From positions 128,415 through 192,414 of the forward strand of contig JAHPZA010000002.1 of the NCBI GenBank assembly GCA_019058445.1: a stretch of DNA of 64,000 nucleotides, given 5' to 3'. Numbering within the stretch: position 1 is the first letter of the stretch; every line of letters begins with the position of its first letter. Positions 59,664-64,000 of the stretch are shown here, in pieces. The notes below the pieces were generated by a model, which was not told where the DNA came from, ran no database searches, and was given only the letters and a program-made list of their open reading frames with translations. The DNA comes from Promethearchaeota archaeon. Lineage in GTDB: Archaea > Asgardarchaeota > Lokiarchaeia > Sigyniarchaeales > SOKP01. The position numbers were made by a program, and so were the translations under genes.

Positions 59664-60230
59664 ATGAAAATCGCTGTTGATGTAGTAGGAGTATTACTAG
59701 ACAATTTGGAGACATTTATAAAAATCTATAATGAAAAGTATAAAACCAACTATATTAAAAATGATATTAGATATTGGGAATTTTTTAGAGAATTAAATTT
59801 AACTAATGAAGAATTTCTCGAACTTTTTTATCAAACTTTTGAATATCCAGAGGTTATTCCCTTTATTGATGATCAAGCTCCGATCTATATGAAAAAATTA
59901 AATCACTTGCATGATTTGTATATCCTCTCCGCACTAAATTCAAGTTATAGAAATTCTTTAATAAATCAGCTAGAATTTTATGATATAAAAAAACATATCC
60001 ATTATAAAGAAATAATTATTGTTCCAGAAATGCCATATGATATAAAAATAAAACATGGATTTGAGATTTATGTTGATGATAATCCTTACTTAATAGAACC
60101 AATAAAGAAGTTAAAAGACAGGTACTTATTGTTATTTAATCAACCTTGGAATAAAGATTCGAATTGCGAAAATAATGTAATTAGAGTGTATAATTGGAAA
60201 GAAATTTATGAAATTATTCAAAATTTATAG
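59664..60230 (+). CDS. HAD-family 5'(3')-nucleotidase (NT5C-like)
   Basis: IAVDVVGVL, LSA, K, YVDDNP, FNQPWN, RVYNWKE. Confidence 0.8.
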   Translation: MKIAVDVVGVLLDNLETFIKIYNEKYKTNYIKNDIRYWEFFRELNLTNEEFLELFYQTFEYPEVIPFIDDQAPIYMKKLNHLHDLYILSALNSSYRNSLINQLEFYDIKKHIHYKEIIIVPEMPYDIKIKHGFEIYVDDNPYLIEPIKKLKDRYLLLFNQPWNKDSNCENNVIRVYNWKEIYEIIQNL

Positions 60231-60285
60231 GTTGACAATTAATCCTAATTAAAATATTGGGAAAAATGGAAGAAGGGGAAATACT

Positions 60286-60756
60286 TTATCTTATAATGAG
60301 CAGATCACAGGGCACTTCATTTAATACTTTTTCTGGTATTGTGCCTATAAGAGTTCTTTTCAATTTAGAATGATCGCCTTTACATCCCAATACCACAAGA
60401 TCAAATCCCTCATCCTTCACAACTTTTTTAATATACTCTTCAGGGGCCTCATCTAAAATTAATCTCGTCTCAATTGATGCATTTTCAGTTTCAAATAGTT
60501 TTTTAGTATTATCTAACAATTCTGTACCTCTCTTCCGGTTATCAAAACGCATAGTTGCTAAATTAGCTGCCCCTTCTGGAATTACGGTACCTCCGCCCAT
60601 CGATATAGATGGAGGCGTTTCTGTTAACAAATGATGTTCAGTTGAGTAAAAAACTACAACTTTACTATTGTGTTTTTTTGATAATTCTAAAGTTCGTTTG
60701 GCCGCTCGAAGAGAATCTTCAGATCCATCAATACCTAGTAAAATTTTCTCAAAAAT
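60286..60756 (-). CDS. Universal stress protein (probable ATT start at 60756)
   Basis: In-frame extension (M)FEKILLGIDGSEDSLRAA; C-terminal DLVVLGCKG..LIGTIPEKV..PCDLLIIR. Confidence 0.88.
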   Translation of the reverse strand: MFEKILLGIDGSEDSLRAAKRTLELSKKHNSKVVVFYSTEHHLLTETPPSISMGGGTVIPEGAANLATMRFDNRKRGTELLDNTKKLFETENASIETRLILDEAPEEYIKKVVKDEGFDLVVLGCKGDHSKLKRTLIGTIPEKVLNEVPCDLLIIR

Positions 60757-60942
60757 AATATATCACCACATTTTTTAAAATTATAAATTTCAAACAAAGT
60801 ATGTGGGATAGCTTCTTTAAACATCTCGTCTATAATAAATTAATAGTTCCTAAACTTCAACTATATTTCGAAAAGTTTACAATAGTTTTTATTTTATTTT
60901 TTAAATAAGAGTTCTAAAATCAAGAAAAAAAGTGGTTTAATT

Positions 60943-62181
60943 ATGTATGATTATTTATTGAGTGAAGAATACAAAAAATTTAAGGAAGAAGTTCGAGAAT
61001 TTGTAAAAACTGAGGTTCCTCCCTCATTATTAAAAAAAATGGACAATGATGAGGTTCAATATCCCGGCGAATTTATTCAAGCACTTGCAAAACAGAATTT
61101 AATTGGTATACGATTTCCTAAAGAATATGGAGGTCGTGGACTAAATTGGGAGGCAGAAATTATTGCCGAAGAGGAGATTGGAGTACTTGGAAGTTCTCTC
61201 GCATGTTTATTCTCTATAACTAGCATATGTGGCGAGGCATTCCATCATTTCGGGACTGAAGATCAAAAACAAAGATACCTCAAACCTCTATGTGAGGGTA
61301 AAAAATTTTGCGCTGAAGCTCTTACAGAACCAAGAGGAGGGTCAGATTTCTTTGGAGCAACTTGTACTGCCGTAAAAGAGGGAGATAATTACATCTTAAA
61401 TGGTGAAAAAAGGTTTGTCGTAGGCGCCGAAGGTGCTGACTTCTTTTTGGTTTATGCAAAAACAAATCCTAATGCACCACCTCACGAGTCCTTAAGCCTA
61501 TTTGTTGTCGATAAATCTGATGCAGTAGAATCGGCATATATCTATGGGTTAATGGGAACTCGCGGTGGAGGAGCTGGTAGATTAGTGTTTAAAGATTGTG
61601 AGGTTCCTAAAGAAAATATTATATTAGGGGAAGGAGCAGGTGGGAAAATTTTTTATCAGATGATGGTCCCCGAACGTCTTACTACAGCTTCAGGGTGGAT
61701 TGGGTTTGCTAGAGCCTGTCATCGAATCGCTACTAAATATAGTACAAAAAGAAAAGCATTTGGACAAACCATAAATAGATTTGAAGCAGTGAGTTTTATG
61801 GTTGCTGAAAATTGCACGTTATTAGATGCAGCAAGAGCAATTGTTTACAATACCGCAAGGAGTATAGATGCCGGAGCTCCACCAACTTTACAGAGAAGGC
61901 TAGTTTCCGAGTCAAAAAAGTTCTCAACTGAAGCTTGTTGGAAAGTAATAAATAACACTATGCAGATTATGGCTGGAATTGGATATACAACTGTATATCC
62001 AATAGAACGTCTACTTCGAGATTGTCGGATTGGAATGATATGGACTGGGACTAATGAGATAATGAGTTTGATCATCCAACACGAATGGTACAAGGAATTC
62101 TTAAGCGAAAAATGGCTTGGCAGAGATATAGAGCAGGATGCTATAGCTGCGGATCATGAAGAAGAGAAGCATTATGGATAA
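60943..62181 (+). CDS. Acyl-CoA dehydrogenase
   Basis: [33 protein letters not shown]. Confidence 0.93.
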   Translation: MYDYLLSEEYKKFKEEVREFVKTEVPPSLLKKMDNDEVQYPGEFIQALAKQNLIGIRFPKEYGGRGLNWEAEIIAEEEIGVLGSSLACLFSITSICGEAFHHFGTEDQKQRYLKPLCEGKKFCAEALTEPRGGSDFFGATCTAVKEGDNYILNGEKRFVVGAEGADFFLVYAKTNPNAPPHESLSLFVVDKSDAVESAYIYGLMGTRGGGAGRLVFKDCEVPKENIILGEGAGGKIFYQMMVPERLTTASGWIGFARACHRIATKYSTKRKAFGQTINRFEAVSFMVAENCTLLDAARAIVYNTARSIDAGAPPTLQRRLVSESKKFSTEACWKVINNTMQIMAGIGYTTVYPIERLLRDCRIGMIWTGTNEIMSLIIQHEWYKEFLSEKWLGRDIEQDAIAADHEEEKHYG

Positions 62182-62255
62182 AAAATTATATTCAACGTAA
62201 ATGACAGGAAAACAATCCAAGATCAATTTGAAAGAGAAAATGCCTAGCTAACTAA

Positions 62256-62627
62256 TTAACTTTTTATGCCAAAAGCTTCTTCAAGATTTTTTCCTCTAAA
62301 ATATGGGTCATCTCGAGAAATCAATCCTTGTCTAATGGCAAACATGCATTTTTCATAAAGCATTTTATTTAAATCTCGTCCAATTTCTGTCAATGAATAT
62401 TCTATTTTAACTGGGCTTTTGTTCACAATCTCTTTTTTAATAAAACCATGGTGTTCTAATCTTTTTAGCTGATCTGATAATACTCTATTGCTAAGACCAT
62501 CATGTACTTCTAAAAAATCACTAAATCTCTTACATCCAAAGAACATGGATTTTATGATGCTTATAGCCCATTTTCGTGATAATTCGTTATATCCATCCAT
62601 TGTGAATTTAAATTGTTTGGTAATCAT
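62256..62627 (-). CDS. HxlR-family winged-helix transcriptional regulator
   Basis: KW..II..RFSDF..GLSNRVLSDQLKRLE..P.KIEYSLTEIG. Confidence 0.9.
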   Translation of the reverse strand: MITKQFKFTMDGYNELSRKWAISIIKSMFFGCKRFSDFLEVHDGLSNRVLSDQLKRLEHHGFIKKEIVNKSPVKIEYSLTEIGRDLNKMLYEKCMFAIRQGLISRDDPYFRGKNLEEAFGIKS

Positions 62628-62636
62628 CCAATCACT

Positions 62637-62738
62637 TTGTAACTTGTAGCTTACAATTTCTTTATAAGTAATTATAACTTATTAAATTTTATATTAATAT
62701 AAAGTAACAAATTATAACTAAATAACTTATTGTTACTT
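62637..62738. promoter_or_regulatory. Divergent promoter with three palindromic putative HxlR operators
   Basis: TTGTAA-N8-TTACAA (62637-62656), ATAAGT-N7-ACTTAT (62664-62682), AAGTAACAA-N19-TTGTTACTT (62702-62738). Confidence 0.5.
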
Positions 62739-62757
62739 ATATTTTTTTAGAAAATAG

Positions 62758-63171
62758 ATGGTTAAAATGGAAAAAATAAATGATTTGAGTAAAAGTGTGA
62801 TATTTCCCAAGGGAGAAAAAGCAACAAGTGATTATTTTACGGGAAATGTATGGGTTCAAATGCTGGTAACGGAAGAGGAATTTAATTGTCCAGTATACAA
62901 TGTAAGCTTTGAACCAGAAGCAAGGACCAAATGGCATTCACATCCAGGGGGACAAATCCTTCTTGTAACAGGAGGTAAAGGATATTATCAAGAAGAGGGA
63001 AAACCAGCACAATCGCTTCAAGGAGGAGATGTTGTGAAAATACCACCTAATGTGAAACATTGGCATGGAGCATCAAAAGATAGTTGGTTTGTTCATGTTG
63101 GTATAACTACAAATCCGAATTTAGGAAATGTTGAATGGCTAGGTCCGGTAACAGAGGAAGAATATCAATGA
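62758..63171 (+). CDS. Cupin domain protein
   Basis: YFTG.VW, WHSHPGGQ, HWHGA. Confidence 0.88.
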   Translation: MVKMEKINDLSKSVIFPKGEKATSDYFTGNVWVQMLVTEEEFNCPVYNVSFEPEARTKWHSHPGGQILLVTGGKGYYQEEGKPAQSLQGGDVVKIPPNVKHWHGASKDSWFVHVGITTNPNLGNVEWLGPVTEEEYQ

Positions 63172-64000
63172 AAGCAGCAATCTTCAAAGGTAAGGGTAAA
63201 ATTGTGATCGAGGAGCGGCCAAAACCGACTATCAAGGAATCAACGGACGCAATCGTGCGGGTAGTACTCTCCTGCGTATGCGGTTCGGATTTATGGTATT
63301 ATAGGGGTCTCTCGGATCATGAAGTTGGACCTATCGGACATGAATTTATAGGTGTGGTTGAAAAAGTTGGTTCTGATGTAAAAGAGATTAAAAAGGGTGA
63401 TTTTGTGGTTACACCTTTTGCAATAAGTGACGGTACATGTCCGCATTGCAAGGCAGGTTATCACACTGCATGTTTAAATGGAGGTTTTTTTGGAGGCGGA
63501 GAAGAAGGCATGGGATGCCAAGCCGAGTTTGTTAGAGTGCCACAAGCCGACGGTACACTAGCAGTTGTACCTGGATCAGATTTTTCTGATGAGACACTTG
63601 CTTCACTTCTTACATTAAGTGATGTTATGGGTACAGGGTATCACGCTGCTGTGAGCGCTCAGGTCAAAGAAGGGGATACAGTAGGAGTTGTCGGTGATGG
63701 CGCAGTTGGACTCTCAGGAGTATTATCTGCAAAATTGCTTGGTGCTAAGAGAATTATCATACTTGGAAGCACTCATAAGAATCGGCAGGAACTTGCTAAA
63801 GAGTTTGGTGCAACAGATGTTATCACAGTTCGCGGTGACGATGCTGTAAAAGAAGTCATGAAACTTACAAATAATATTGGAGCTGATGCCGTTTTAGAGT
63901 GTGTTGGTACAAAAGAAGCCAATGACACCTGTTTTGCCATTGCCCGTCCAGGAGCAATTGTTGGACGTGTTGGCGTACCACATGAAGTGGAGATTGATGC
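63168..64000 (+). CDS. Zinc-dependent alcohol dehydrogenase (partial, runs off the window; not in the ORF track)
   Basis: ATG overlaps the cupin stop (ATGA). MKAAIFKG..CVCGSDL..GHEF..CPHC..C..VGDGAVG. Confidence 0.9.
   Translation, partial: MKAAIFKGKGKIVIEERPKPTIKESTDAIVRVVLSCVCGSDLWYYRGLSDHEVGPIGHEFIGVVEKVGSDVKEIKKGDFVVTPFAISDGTCPHCKAGYHTACLNGGFFGGGEEGMGCQAEFVRVPQADGTLAVVPGSDFSDETLASLLTLSDVMGTGYHAAVSAQVKEGDTVGVVGDGAVGLSGVLSAKLLGAKRIIILGSTHKNRQELAKEFGATDVITVRGDDAVKEVMKLTNNIGADAVLECVGTKEANDTCFAIARPGAIVGRVGVPHEVEID

Noticed and set aside
269-62937. Many short ORFs antisense to or overlapping long genes (e.g. 269-475, 1165-1518, 14936-15604, 32251-32595, 44433-45312, 61845-62093)
   Set aside because: They are shadow ORFs of well-supported genes, with no motifs or ribosome-binding context.
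1-64000. tRNA, rRNA, CRISPR arrays, transposases
   Set aside because: No GC-rich structured RNA-sized segments, regular repeat-spacer arrays or transposase motifs seen by eye; a covariance-model scan would be needed to exclude small RNAs.

Overview
AT-rich archaeal window, most likely an Asgard archaeon of the Lokiarchaeia type. This is inferred from archaeal Srp54, aIF5A, Nob1, FEN1 and Cdc48 occurring together with roadblock and longin-like proteins and a multi-PAS histidine kinase. Contents in order: an ABC importer plus a PiT/DUF47 phosphate locus, purB-purM, a PAS kinase, a corrinoid/UroD-family/longin/roadblock cluster, an accessory metabolic region, a conserved information-processing block (srp54 to cdc48), herA-like, a DNA methyltransferase, a nucleotidyltransferase-like gene and an HxlR-cupin-ADH unit cut by the window end. 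I saw no rRNA, tRNA, CRISPR array or transposase. Top finding: an alpha/beta-hydrolase gene (29403-30059, minus strand) is split inside its conserved HPHPxxGGxM motif by a 30-nt stop-containing insert (29922-29951). The insert can fold into a relaxed bulge-helix-bulge structure whose canonical cut sites remove exactly those 30 nt and restore HPHPQFGGNM, making it a candidate tRNA-endonuclease-type intron in a protein-coding mRNA. A weaker second candidate lies at the 5' end of the PAS kinase. Other notable items: an ABC importer with one degenerate ATP site, several probable CTG/ATA/ATT starts, a DHDPS-aldolase/APH-kinase fusion and a corrinoid module next to longin/roadblock genes. All family calls come from motif recognition by eye; no database searches or folding programs were run.
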